Source: Perkinsus olseni (lineage: Eukaryota). Taken from it: a stretch of 61,103 bases of DNA. The DNA is taken from positions 1 to 61,103 of the forward strand of contig JABANN010000151.1 of assembly GCA_013115125.1 (NCBI GenBank), read 5' to 3'. The notes under the pieces were generated by a model. The model ran no database searches, was not told the origin of the DNA, and was given only the letters and a program-made list of their open reading frames with translations. Shown piece by piece: positions 25,357 to 36,918 of this stretch (its first letter is position 1; every line of letters begins with the position of its first letter). The translations under genes were made by a program, and so were the position numbers.

Positions 25357-26430
25357 TCAGTACGTGAGCTCGACCCAGGTCACCTCACCCGAGCCGCCCT
25401 CTGAGACCAACTGCCGCTGCAAAACGTCAACTTTCTCGCCTTTCCGACTGATCAGAGCCACCGGTCTGCCATGTACGAGTTCCTTCTTGGAGATGTCGAA
25501 TCGACCCGTGTCACCAACATGCTTCACCGACAAGGCGCCATCTATCACATCCTTAGCCCCTTTCGACCATCTATCCACCCACTCCTTAAGATCAGCCTCA
25601 TCCCGATCCGCAGGGTGCAAGGCGACGGTGATGCCGCTAACAGGGGTGCAGACGTCGGGTCGATGGACCCTCAAGTGAGTGCGATTAACGACCTCACAAC
25701 CGTCGATGATCGGGCACGTCATCATACCAGACGGAGACTCTCTCGGCACGGCTAGGGAGAGCCGCTCTGACCGCCACTCACAATTACGCATTCGCCTCAG
25801 CTCGATGTCGTAGAGATCCAGAAGGGAGAAGAAGTGGCGTAGGAAACTCGCGTGGGATACAATTACGTAAACAACATCATCGCCCCACTGGTTCTCATCG
25901 AGGTCCTCGCGGATGAGCGCCACTAGATTGCGAACCCTCTGGTCGACTTCTTGCCGAGTCTCCCTCGGATGTGCTGAGGTCATTACGTCCTCCTCGTGAC
26001 CATCCCCTTTCATCTCGATACCAATATCCGGCCCGAAGAACTCTCGAGCGTTCGCTTCCACTTGCGCCAAAGAGGGGCGGGTATCGCATGTGTGGAGGCC
26101 GCATTGTTCTCTCGCCCAATCAGTGACTATCACCGATCGGCCAGCCAGTAGGTCTCTCCACTGCTCGCTGACGATCGCCGCCGTTTCAATGGTACGACGA
26201 AGCGTACTGCATATCAGTCGGACCTTCTTCGCACTCCGGACCCCCTCCGGAGCCTCTGCTTCTCGGGCCTGCTGTCGACCAAACTCCGTGAGGGCGGCAT
26301 CCTCGTAACAGGGATCAGTAAAGATATCTTCTCTCGATACGTTGGCTGGACGCGTCCGAGAGGCGACGTTGTGCGTGGCCTCGCCGTGCCGTAGAAAGTA
26401 GACACTAACGGACGACATCGGAGGAGACAT
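25357..26430 (-). CDS. Histidine phosphatase (phosphoglycerate mutase family) with C-terminal extension, intronless
   Basis: VYFLRHGEATHN, DAALTEFGRQQA, CSTLRRTIETA, REQCGLHTCDTR, IVSHASFL, MRNCEWR; likely start MSPPMS at 26430 (open frame extends to 26523). Confidence 0.9.
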   Translation of the reverse strand: MSPPMSSVSVYFLRHGEATHNVASRTRPANVSREDIFTDPCYEDAALTEFGRQQAREAEAPEGVRSAKKVRLICSTLRRTIETAAIVSEQWRDLLAGRSVIVTDWAREQCGLHTCDTRPSLAQVEANAREFFGPDIGIEMKGDGHEEDVMTSAHPRETRQEVDQRVRNLVALIREDLDENQWGDDVVYVIVSHASFLRHFFSLLDLYDIELRRMRNCEWRSERLSLAVPRESPSGMMTCPIIDGCEVVNRTHLRVHRPDVCTPVSGITVALHPADRDEADLKEWVDRWSKGAKDVIDGALSVKHVGDTGRFDISKKELVHGRPVALISRKGEKVDVLQRQLVSEGGSGEVTWVELTY

Positions 26431-26533
26431 GGAGCAGAGGAACACAATCCGAAGGGAAGGAATACGTCCCAGCCCCTGAACAACGCAAGGAGGGGAGTCA
26501 GGAAAGATCATCATCAACATCATAGCCGCATGA

Positions 26534-28323
26534 TCACCAGAGAGGACGGTATTGGTAGTACCATAGTGTTAGATGCCTCGTCGTCGGGTCCACTACGACA
26601 TAGCAGTAGTTACTAGGATGGTCGATCGAATGCAGCTTGGCGCCTCCACAGAGGGTGGTTATTTTGTATGCTTTACAGGGGCACACTATCGACCCGTCAG
26701 GTCCAAGACGAACGGAGACAAGATCCTGATGAAAATACAGAGTTGAGGGCCTTCGCGGTGACCAGTGGTGCGATAGAAGGTTCAGATAACAGCGGCCCAG
26801 TTGAGCGCGGCCGTTAAGTGTGACGGTGTCGCACTGACTCCGGAGAGGAACCGGGTGATCGACGACACAGAGGAGATGAGAAGTTGGAAGGAAGAGGAGG
26901 GATCGCTCCGGTTCACGTCCCATGGCAGACCCCCACCATGCCATGGAGTTAGGAGATGCACAACGAAACACGACTTCTACCGGCTCTGCAGTTGACTACC
27001 TTGAAAATCTTCTTGGTGTGCTCGATGTAGGGGGTAACGATCTCCTCATACTGATTGGATGCACCGCCGATAACTACATGGAGGAAGACCTTGAACAGGA
27101 GCTCCTGACCTGAAGACAACACCTTCACTGCGCCACGGAATTATTCGCCACGCTAGCTAGTAGAACCCAGAAGTGGTCTTCGTTACGATGAATGAGAAAT
27201 CTTACGGATCGTCTCAGGGAAGGTCTCGTATAGCTCCGACTCTTCACAAACCAGCGCTTCCCTCAAAGTATCATACAGGGGTATCTTCAAGCAGCATCAG
27301 CGACATGTTACGACCTCAAGATTCACCACCACTACCCCTTCCCAATCTTCCTCGAATCGACCTTGGATGCGACCAGTGGCAGCGTTCACTATTCGCTTTT
27401 CCGTCAGAACCTGTCACACTTGCCATACCAGAGCAAGGCTATCCTCTGGTACATGGAAGATACTCATATCAGTATGCTTCACAGTGAGCTGTTCCATCTC
27501 AACTTTGGTCCCCGGGCCAATGCCACTGACACCACGGCAGGCGTGCGGGAGAATCTGAGCTCAGCGACACTAATATGCAGCACCGCCGGCATGCTCCAGC
27601 GTTCGAGGTTGATACGGAAAGCTAGGGTGCGCACACGCTGGGCCTCAGCGCTCTTGAAGAACTCCTGGACCATAAACTGCCTCTCTGATTCGGTATCAGC
27701 TGGGCTATCATAGAGGAAGCGTAGAATGACCTGAGCAGGAAGCGAGCGGAAGTAAGGTCGACTGTATTGAGCAGCTGACAACGGTCGAGAAGGCTTGCTG
27801 GATCATAGGGGACGATATTGACGCTGAAATTTGACCTAGACCGTTAACCCTTGCGAAAGATTGGCTTGTCCGTCCCGCAAGTAGTGGCGCGGAAGACCTA
27901 GGTCGTGCCCTGTTGTATTCGTCTTCTCGCAGTTGAATGATAGCCACCCTCGAACTGCAACCTCGTAAAGCCGAACCACGTAGGCATGATCCGCTAACCT
28001 TCAGTTCGCAAAGGAAAAGCCTTTCGGAAGCATTCCGCAGTGACACAACTTCGCTCGACCTTACGACCGGTGAGTGGCCCTCAGCAAACTAGTTATCCAC
28101 TGTAGGCCAGACTCCGAGAAACCGGAGAGTAACAAAACGGTCATGCCCTCAGTACCATATCCTGATCCAAACCCCACTTCTTGAAGTCTGCCTGCAACTG
28201 CCTGTCACCAAAGCACTTAGGGATGGCCTCCGGTAAAAATCGGAACTTGTACGCCTTAGAAGCGGTAGGCTCCTCATCGCCTTCCTGACCGGGAACGACG
28301 TCAACCTCCGTTATGATAGTCAT
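26534..28323 (-). CDS. CFAP300: Cilia/flagella-associated protein 300 (C11orf70/DNAAF17)
   Basis: FKKWGLD, FMVQEFFKS, ELLFKVFLHVVIGGASNQYEEIVTPYIEHTKKIFK, DLVSVR, HPSNYCYVVVDPTTRHLTLWY match the C11orf70 family pattern. Confidence 0.85.
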
Positions 28324-28394
28324 AAGTGGACACGAAAGCATCGCCATATTCCCCAACGACACAAACCCGACAAACCCCAAGCGAGAAACAGAGC

Positions 28395-29714
28395 TTAACA
28401 AGGTCGACCGGTCAGATACTCCTCGACATCCTCAGCAGCCTTGGCCCCCGTCAGGAGGGCCGCGTGGACTGCTCCTTGATACTCCGGGTCGCAGTGCTCA
28501 CCAGCGAACCACACCAAGCCGTGTCGCTGGGCTGCCGCTTCAACGTCCTTCTCAGTAGCCCCTGGCCTGTAATGCGAGTAGGCTCCCATCGAGTACAACC
28601 CCGAGCAGAAGAAAGTGATGCCAGTTTGGTCCGGCGGAGGGAGATCCGGGATGGCTATCCTGAGGGCCTGCACCGCGCCATCGATTGCCTCTGCCCCGCT
28701 GATGTCCACTACTTGCGCTGTGACGGCGTTTCCGGAGAGGACCTCGAAGAGCCAGTTCTGCCCACCGGGCCCGATAACGGCTATCCCCTCCTTATCATCA
28801 GGTATCGGGTCCACCTTATCCCACCCAAGGAATACCTTCTCGCTGGTACCGGTACCCAATCTCCCGATAGACTCCCGCTGAGCTGACGGCAACTCCGGAA
28901 CGAAGCGAAGGCGACCTTGTTGCAGAACTCCCAAAGGAACGGTACAGATACAAGCTCTCGCAAAGTACTCCGCACCATCACGAGCCGTAACCGTCACAGA
29001 AGCATCACCATCTTGCTCTACGGAGACGACTGGAGTAGAGAGCACGAAGTGGGCGTTGGGGCACTCCTTCTCGAGCTCCTCGACCAGAGCGTACATGCCT
29101 TCCACCACTTTACCGTCTGGGCCATCACACCTGCCAGTTTCGTCGGAACCGTCAAACTCGTTGGCTCGGAGCTGAGCGTCGGAGCTGACTCCCATCCACG
29201 TGTGAACAAGATACCACCAAAGATACCTCAGAAGCTCGTCTTCGGCGGAGAGGTCGACCCCAGCCAGTCGGACGCCTTCCTCAAGACTAACGTCATCATC
29301 CAACTCCCGACAAACTTTTTCCACTTTTTCCATCAGATTTTGCATTCTTTTATGAGCGCTGTCCAGTTCCTCAGCCGAATACAACCTCCCCTGAGAGCTG
29401 TACGCCCGCAGCGCCGTAATGTACTCCTCGTCAGATCCAGGATACTCTTCGAGGTTGAGCTTCCCGCGATTAACCAGGTCGACCATAGGATTCTCGGGAC
29501 ACACGCCGTGGATGTACTGAGCGCCCATGTCAATAGCAACCCCCCGATGCCACTTGGTCGGGCTTATCCTTCCCCCCAGCCTCGGTCGTGCCTCGATGAC
29601 AGCCACGTTGTAGAGGCCCTGCAGGGCCCTGGCCGCGGCAAGGCCCGCAGCACCCCCACCAATGATAATGACGTCGAATGCTGTTGAAGCAGGGTGGTGG
29701 TCGGAGGAACACAT
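28395..29714 (-). CDS. Flavin-containing amine oxidase (polyamine oxidase/LSD1-like catalytic domain), intronless
   Basis: DVIIIGGGAAGLAAA, EARPRLGGRI, DMGAQYIHG, ICTVPLGVLQ, SMGAYS, WFAGEHC...GAVHAALLTG. Confidence 0.93.
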   Translation of the reverse strand: MCSSDHHPASTAFDVIIIGGGAAGLAAARALQGLYNVAVIEARPRLGGRISPTKWHRGVAIDMGAQYIHGVCPENPMVDLVNRGKLNLEEYPGSDEEYITALRAYSSQGRLYSAEELDSAHKRMQNLMEKVEKVCRELDDDVSLEEGVRLAGVDLSAEDELLRYLWWYLVHTWMGVSSDAQLRANEFDGSDETGRCDGPDGKVVEGMYALVEELEKECPNAHFVLSTPVVSVEQDGDASVTVTARDGAEYFARACICTVPLGVLQQGRLRFVPELPSAQRESIGRLGTGTSEKVFLGWDKVDPIPDDKEGIAVIGPGGQNWLFEVLSGNAVTAQVVDISGAEAIDGAVQALRIAIPDLPPPDQTGITFFCSGLYSMGAYSHYRPGATEKDVEAAAQRHGLVWFAGEHCDPEYQGAVHAALLTGAKAAEDVEEYLTGRPC

Positions 29715-29924
29715 AGGCAAGAGAGCAACGGACTACTGATTGGCTACCCTGAGACGGGGATGTCGAGCGTTGGTGCGGCCACAGGGTAGATTCACCTGTT
29801 GAAGACAACAACGCAAGATAGATTTAGTCGTGAAAAAAGAACCGTGGTGGGATCGAACCCGGGATCTCGTGAAATAACATAAACGCGGCAGAGAAAACTG
29901 CTTGCGGGTTGCTACCCGGGTGAA

Positions 29925-32547
29925 TCATTGAAGCCCTGACTCGAGAGGGGCTTGAGGGGCGGTCGAGCTTCGCTCCGCTGCTCGGTTTCTCATCCAGCAA
30001 AGGCCTCCGAGGGCTAACGCTACTACAAGGGAGATGATGAAGAACACGAGCAGGGGAGGACCACGACCAGATATGAACCGCGACGATGCACTGTCCTTGA
30101 TGAGACCGGAAACACCGCCAGTGAGACTCGTAGAAGCACCGAGAGTTTCGGCGCCCACTGTTGTTGTAGAGATGGGCGTAGTGGCCAAGAAGGCTCCCTC
30201 AGGGCAAGGGTGATCATTGCAGGGTTCCTCCTCTGACGGTCTGGTATTAGCATCACATTCAACATCATCATAAGCATGTCCGTTGGGGCCAGAGCATTTG
30301 ATGCACCTAAAAAGACATCGGCACTGCATAGGGAGGCCCTCTCACCTGGTACGGACCCCTCCACCACATTCTTTAGAACATCCACTCCAACCATCAGCCT
30401 TCCACTGGAATGATATCTTGCAAACTCCATCCCTAGTGGATGTATGATCGGGAACGACAACACCATCGGGGATCATAGCGGTAGTGATGGCATCAAAGTA
30501 AAACCTAAACCGGGGCGTGTCAGCAGCCGAGGCCACAACCCAACAACGCCGCCTCACTTCTGTCCGCCCCCAGCTGGAAGAGTCGCCCTCCTACGGGAGG
30601 ACTCCTGAGGAGATTCCATCCTCCAGCAGGAGTCACCAAACATCTCATAGCGTCTTTGCTTCCATCGTAACGTCTCAAACGTATTGTAATGATCTACTTG
30701 GTAGACCTTGCCGGCTGTGTCCCTGAAAGCAGACCACAGTATCCACAGACTGCCCTCTCGCACCCCATCCTGAAGCAGCGTGCTACCAATTATTTTTCTC
30801 GCAAGTGATAGCACACCCACACTGGGGCGTCATCGGCGAGACGTCGTAGTCGATGCGCGTGAATCTACGTACGAATGAACTGAGCGGACAGCGGCGTGGG
30901 TGGTCGTACTCGAAGGGCGCGAGGTAGGTGCCAATCATGGCGTCCTCAGCCTCAATCTCCTTGAAAGGGAGGGCGGCCTCGGCCAGGAACTGCACCAAAT
31001 CGAATGACAAGACATAGCCAGCACCTACGGAAAACACGAGGGAAGGAGTATCGACACCTAGAATGCGACGGCAGCACATTGCATGCTACGGAAAAGCAGA
31101 AGAGGCGATCTAGAACTCACGACTGATCTCATGGTCGAATCTGACCCACGAAATCGGCTTGCCAAACACGTCCGCTGGTCGGGAAAAGTGATGAGCTGCC
31201 CCGAGGAAGGCACCTCGAGCGTTGACTGGGTAATCTTTCAAGCCAGTGGAACTCTTGAGGGACTCTTGAAGGATTGGAAGTCCCCACCAGAATTCGCCTG
31301 CGTAGACTCTTGCAAGCTCGAATGCTCTCTTCTCATCAAGCGCCGAGATGAGCCTAACAAATATCCTATCTCGCTGACGAGTAGATGATCATACCTCTGA
31401 ACATGGACGTAGCTGTCCGTGTCTGTCTTGAGTAACAAGCGAAACCTAAAAAGAATACATACCGCGGAAATCCTCGCTGAAGGCTCGGCTAATCACAGCA
31501 GGCGTACTTGCCAAAGAGTTGTTGGGCCACCTTGAAGGTCTCAATTACTTTGAGGCCCAACCGGCTGTAGCCATCCTTGAACCCAGTGAGCTCGTGAATG
31601 TCTCCTGAAGGGCGGCCGATGCTACCTCAAAATCAGCCAGAATGTGGCATGAGATTTTCCGAGTTGGGGAGGGCAATGGAAGTGCGACCAGCGTGAGGTA
31701 AAGATACCACTTAGCCTCATTGCAAACAAAAAGTGTTGGAACGGGCTCGACGAAGCTCGAATTACTTCGCTTCGGGCATAGCTTAATTTCCGATCAGAAC
31801 AAATGCACGACCCCGCGCTCCCTATGGATGCAGGCGGTGCCCTGACGCTCGGTCAGATCGACCAGGAGGAGCAGCGCCGGTAGATTCACGGACAGTTCAA
31901 CCGTTATAAGTTGCCGGTTAGCGCCACAGGACGACTCATTTCATAGCCCACTGTTCTCGCTACACAAGCCCCTCTGCGGATAATAAATCTACATTACGCG
32001 GTAAGCAAACGCCGGAAATAGCTGAGATCTATTTACCATATTGCGCCTTCTCCGTCTCTAAGCTGGTCCGCTCCCCTGGAGCCAGCTCGGTGGTGTCTCC
32101 TACGACGAAATACAGCTCTACCTTTCTCTTGCCGCGCTGAAAACACAATCATATTCAACTCGCTCACGTAAGCACTCGATCCCAGTGTAGGGGGGGGGAG
32201 GCGAAACAGCAGGGACCACACTCGTGAACTCATCTCGCTCTCACAAGGAGTTTCGCGGACCCGACGAAGAAGCTAGATAAAGTAGCTATGCTGCTGCAAC
32301 TCTACAAACAGCCGCTGCTGACTCCCCGCCTAGTTATCCTCTCCCAGAACTAGAACCCCTACGGTTCCCCAGCATCCCCCACCTCTCGAACGTCAGCCAG
32401 CTGCCTGGCCCAAGAGTCACGTACTGTACACCTCCGCTGTGTCTGGGTCGGGGCGGTGGGGATTACTATCGCCAGGTCCAGCACCTCCTCGCCTCGGTTG
32501 GATGCAGGGAGGATTGATAAAATTAATAAATGCAGGAGCCTCCTCAT
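29925..32547 (-). CDS. GT31 beta-1,3-galactosyltransferase-like + thrombospondin type 1 repeat + C-terminal TM, copy 1 (intact)
   Basis: Signal peptide; RRCTVRDSW, LYFVVG, EKAQYGDIHEL, LLLKTDTDSYVHV (DxD), YPVNARGAGYVLSFDLV, EAEDAMIG; TSR WKADGWSGCSKECGGGVRTRCIKC...CNDHPC; Thr/Ser stalk; TM LLVFFIISLVVALALGGLCW; short tail. All exons splice in frame with GT-AG. Confidence 0.88.
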
Positions 32548-33563
32548 CCATTAAAGCACCACCAGCTGAGTGAGCCAGCCCCAGTAATCTGCCGAGCGAA
32601 CTTTCAAGGAAGAAATCATTGCACACATCCCCCCTTCACAAAACCAATAGGTGGTGCTGAAGGTGGGCTCGGGTGGTATCACATACACCAGTGCTACGCA
32701 GCAGGATCGGCATGAGCGATATTCCCATGCAGACCCTATGAGCGCACAGAATGAGCTTGTGCGGCCAAGACAAGAAAGTTGCTGTAGTTCAACGTAGTTC
32801 AATGCTAGAGCTCCCCAGGAGCGAGCACTGGATACTGCAATGAGTGTCACGGCTGCATGGCGGCGGATGCGAGCTCGACCCAGCCTCCCGCTCCCTAGAT
32901 GTGGAGGTAGGATACTAGAGACTGCTGATTGGACCCAGACCTGGTATGGAGTCGGACAGCTCACGTGTTCTACTGAACCCTGAGGAGCTCTATTGACAGC
33001 AAACACAGGCTACTGCCGAGGTGCTGGCAATGACACTGGTGAACGTCGCACAACAGGTCAGAGAGAGCCACGCACTGTTCACACTCCCAACCTCTGCATC
33101 TGGGAATTCCGCATAACTGGAGTTCGTAGACTTAGTAGACTTAGACAAGGGTAGGTGACTCCGAAGCTGCATGGGCCTAGCGTGGTAGCGAACGACCATG
33201 CTTTTCCAGCTCGCCGATATCGCTGTGGCGCAAGAGGCAGCATCTTCGGTCATAGTCTACTTTTCACCGCAACCCTGCAGGACACTAGTACATAGTGTCC
33301 TGGCGATCACTGTTCATGACATGAGCCCACACTTTCCACTCCAAACACAACAAGACGGGAGCAGGCTATGATACTGCGGACGGAATAGCAACTTGCAAGG
33401 TAGCCGCTACCGGGTCAACTGCAGAGACCACTCGAGAAAGAAGGGCAAAGCTTCTGTGAAAAAGGCTTATAGACCCTTAGAAGAGAAAATAGCCGTGATG
33501 CAGCCGATAGTAAACGGACTCGAAGGAGGGGGGAGAAGCCCGTGATTGAGCTCATGTTGAGCA

Positions 33564-35423
33564 TTACTCCTGCGGGGTCGAGTCACTGAGGGTGGTGTTT
33601 GCTCCGGCTGCTCGGTTTCTCATGAACCAGATGCCACCGCAAGCCAGTCCCACCACAAGGGAGATCAGAGAAAAAACAAGTAGAGGAGGAGCATTGGAGG
33701 ATGCCAGCCAGGATGACACTTTCTTGTTGGCATGAGCACGAACAAATCCGTTGATGTATTTCATATCAGTAGCCGTTGGACGACTCCTGAAGGCTCCCTC
33801 AAGGCAAGGGTGGTCAATGACCACTGGTCATTGCAGGGTTCCTCCTCCGATGGCCTGGTATTAGCATCACATTCAACATCATCATAAGCATGTCCGTTAG
33901 GGCCAGAGCATTTGATGCACCTAAAAAGACATCGGCACTGGATAGGGAGGCCCTCTCACCTGGTACGGACCCCTCCACCACATTCTTTAGAACATCCACT
34001 CCAACCATCAGCCTTCCACTGGAATGATATCTTGCAAACTCCATCCCTAGTGGATGTATGATCGGGAACGACAACACCATCGGGGATCATAGCGGTAGTG
34101 ATGGCATCAAAGTAAAACCTAAACCGGGGCGTGTCAGCAGCCGAGGCCACAACCCAACAACGCCGCCTCACTTCTGTCCGCCCCCAGCTGGAAGAGTCGC
34201 CCTCCTACAGGAGGACTCCTGAGGAGATTCCATCCTCCAGCAGGAGTCACCAAACATCTCATAGCGTCTTTGCTTCCATCGTAACGTCTCGACCGTATTG
34301 TAATGATCCACTTGGTAAGTCTCCTCGGCCGTCCCACTGAGAGGAGGTTGCATGCGAGCAGCGGACTGGATGTTCTTACAATGTGTCTTGGGAACAGGTT
34401 ATGGAGCAGCCACACTGCGGTGTCGAGGGAGATACCTCGTACTCGATACGGTTATAGCTACAAGTGAGCAACAGTACCACACTTCGCCCTAACTGTAACG
34501 CTAGCAATGCAAAGCTTACTCATAAGGAGCTAAGATGGTCCCAATCATGGCGTCTTCGGCTTCCATGTGCTTGACAGGTATTTGAGTATTCGCCATGAAC
34601 TCCACCAAATCTCTAGAAAGGATATAGCCAGCACCTGGACGAGCGGTGACCTCCCAAGCGCCTCCTCTCGATTCAGTCCCACCTCTCGCGTTCAATGGAT
34701 ATTCTTTCAGACCGGTGCTATCTTTAAGAGACTGCTGTAAGATTGGACTGCTGTGCCAGAAGGTGCCAGCATGCACTCGAGGAAGATCAAAGGCATTCTT
34801 CTCTTCTAGTACGGCGATTAATCTGATCACTTTGAGTTCAACGACACCTGTCTGATCTTTACGTGCCTATCGACATGAACATAGCTGTCGGTATCACTCT
34901 TGAGCAGAAGCCGATACCTAAAACGGCGGTGGCCTCTGTGCAGTCGTCACGAGCTAAGAGTTACTCTCCGAATATATCAGAGCAAACTTTGAATATCTCC
35001 AGCACCTTCTGGCCCAGCCGACCGTACCGATCGTGGAAGCCCTTTAGCTCACGGATATCATCTGACATCAGCGAGGGCGTCGAAGCCTCGTTGGTGCCCC
35101 AACTCGCGGATATACCATATTGTTTCCTCTCCTCTTCTAGAGTAGCCTTCTGATCGGAGTTGAGCTCGGTACTATCCCCAATGATGAAGTACAGCTTGAT
35201 CGACCTCTTACTATCAGCCCCCTGAGGCAGGTGATAATATCAATAACATCGAGGCCCTCATGCGGTACTCCATATTTTTTCAGTTGCCACATCCAACTGG
35301 TCGGATGCCGCAACGCCTGGCGGTCTCTCCCGGGGCAGTTGGTATGACCACGGCCAAGTCTAGAAGAGATAGACTCGGCCGAAGCAGAAGAAGCAAGACG
35401 GCAGCAAGATGGAGAAGAGTCAT
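33564..35423 (-). pseudogene. GT31-TSP1-TM copy 2, frameshifted
   Basis: Same architecture; 1 nt shorter than copy 3 at ~35300 giving TGA at 35280-35282, and a 14-nt insertion at 33817-33830. Confidence 0.8.
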
Positions 35424-36031
35424 CCCCCTCGAGAAAAGAACTGACTCGAAGCCGAGGCGGAATGAGGATCCATCGTAGCCCCTCAAGCGGAGTGGCTGTG
35501 AAGAATAAGGGCGAGACAGGGAGGGCAATAGCGGGGGGCAGCACATGAGACGGGAAAACCACAGAGACGGCCCGAGGTTAGGGTTGGGTTGCTTGACCAC
35601 GGCCGGTGCCGAGTAGGCGATTACGGCAGCTCCAACGGTCAACGGATGCTTCTCGAGGCACTTGGCAGATTCGCGAACCTCAGTACTATCACAACCACGC
35701 AAGTTCGAAGGGCGATTCATCGGTGGTGGTATTGTGGAGGAAAAGGCATATAAAGGGTGTGGTGGACCAGGTCATCGTCTACTCCACCAACGGTGTGAAT
35801 CAGCAGTTCACCTAGGCTCACTCCCAGGTGAGCTACCAGAGGAGAAAAATGTCGTGGAACACCATGCAATCATGCAATTCATACGGAGATACTCGCGAGC
35901 CCACAACACTGCCCCCCGAACTTTGCTGACGCTAGATGGATCTTCGGCCCACGATAGTATCCCAGATAGGTGTTGCCGAGTTGTCGGACCGTTAGTCTCT
36001 TCCAGGACTTGAACGCCCCCTCTAGAGTATT

Positions 36032-36200
36032 CCCCACCTCTCGAACGTCAGTCAGCTGCCTGCCCCAAGAGTCACGTACTGTACACCTCCGCTGTGTCTG
36101 GGTCGGGGCGGTGGGGATTAATATTGCCAGGTCCAGCACCTCCTCGCCTCGGTTGGATGCCGGCAGGATTGATGAATGAGGAGGTTCACAAGCCTCGTTC
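36032..36200 (-). pseudogene. Orphan copy of GT31 copy-1 exon 1
   Basis: SILPASNRGEEVLDLAILIPTAPTQTQRRCTVRDSWGRQLTDVRE, near identical to 32376-32519 including the donor; ATG and downstream exons missing. Confidence 0.85.
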
Positions 36201-36918
36201 AACTACACGCAACATCTGAATGAATCTAGCTCCTGAAGGCACCGATAGGATAGATGGGGCCCTTGACAGCAGAGACGCAGTCCCAACGCGATATAATCCT
36301 CAGCAGTGATGACATGATCTTAGCAATAGAGCTGAGCGGAGTCGTTCGAAGCCCTTCGATCTCGAGGAGGCCAATGGACCACGTCGATGTATGGATAGTT
36401 GTTGCACACAACGCCCTCCAAGGCCTACTCCATGGGCGTGTAGTTGTGCGAGTGCAGAGGCTGTGCGCACGACCATGAAACCTCAGCTCGGCTCAACGCT
36501 AGTAGACGATTCCATTACGGTAGTTCAAGTTGGAAGACAGAATCTCAGGTTTTGACTAACCGTACATTTCTCAAGTTGGTAATGGTTGACAAGTGATACG
36601 AAGACCACCGTCATTGTGACCATGCCCCAGCCAGCAGTGGCGATGCCAAAAGGAGACTCACTATAGGTTGCCAGTATCATCCCGAGTGACTAGATTCAAC
36701 TCAGAACACAACGATAGGGAGAGTGTGAAATATGCTACTGCTGAAGACCCAGCCACGGCAAGGGTTTTTACGAACGCCGCTGCTGCGGGGAAGTCAAGAA
36801 AAATAAGTAATGGCTAAGCTGTGACAGCTTCGAATAAAGAAGGGCTAATCCTGATGTGAAGCATGGCTGTATTAGCCGACTCAAATCTTGGGAGGGCGAT
36901 AAGCCCAAATTAGCGTCA

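Noticed and set aside
28917-29687. 256-aa plus-strand ORF
   Set aside because: Antisense shadow of the amine oxidase; no motifs.
29833-29920. Complete tRNA gene
   Set aside because: Only a T-loop-like motif; no acceptor, D or anticodon stems could be paired.
31563-31582. GTAGCCATC resembling the spliced leader
   Set aside because: Antisense to a GT31 exon (FKDGYSR) and lacks TGGCTCAAG.
32551-33550. Short ORFs between GT31 copies
   Set aside because: No motifs or consistent exon chain; part is 3'-flank weakly similar to 36600-36918.
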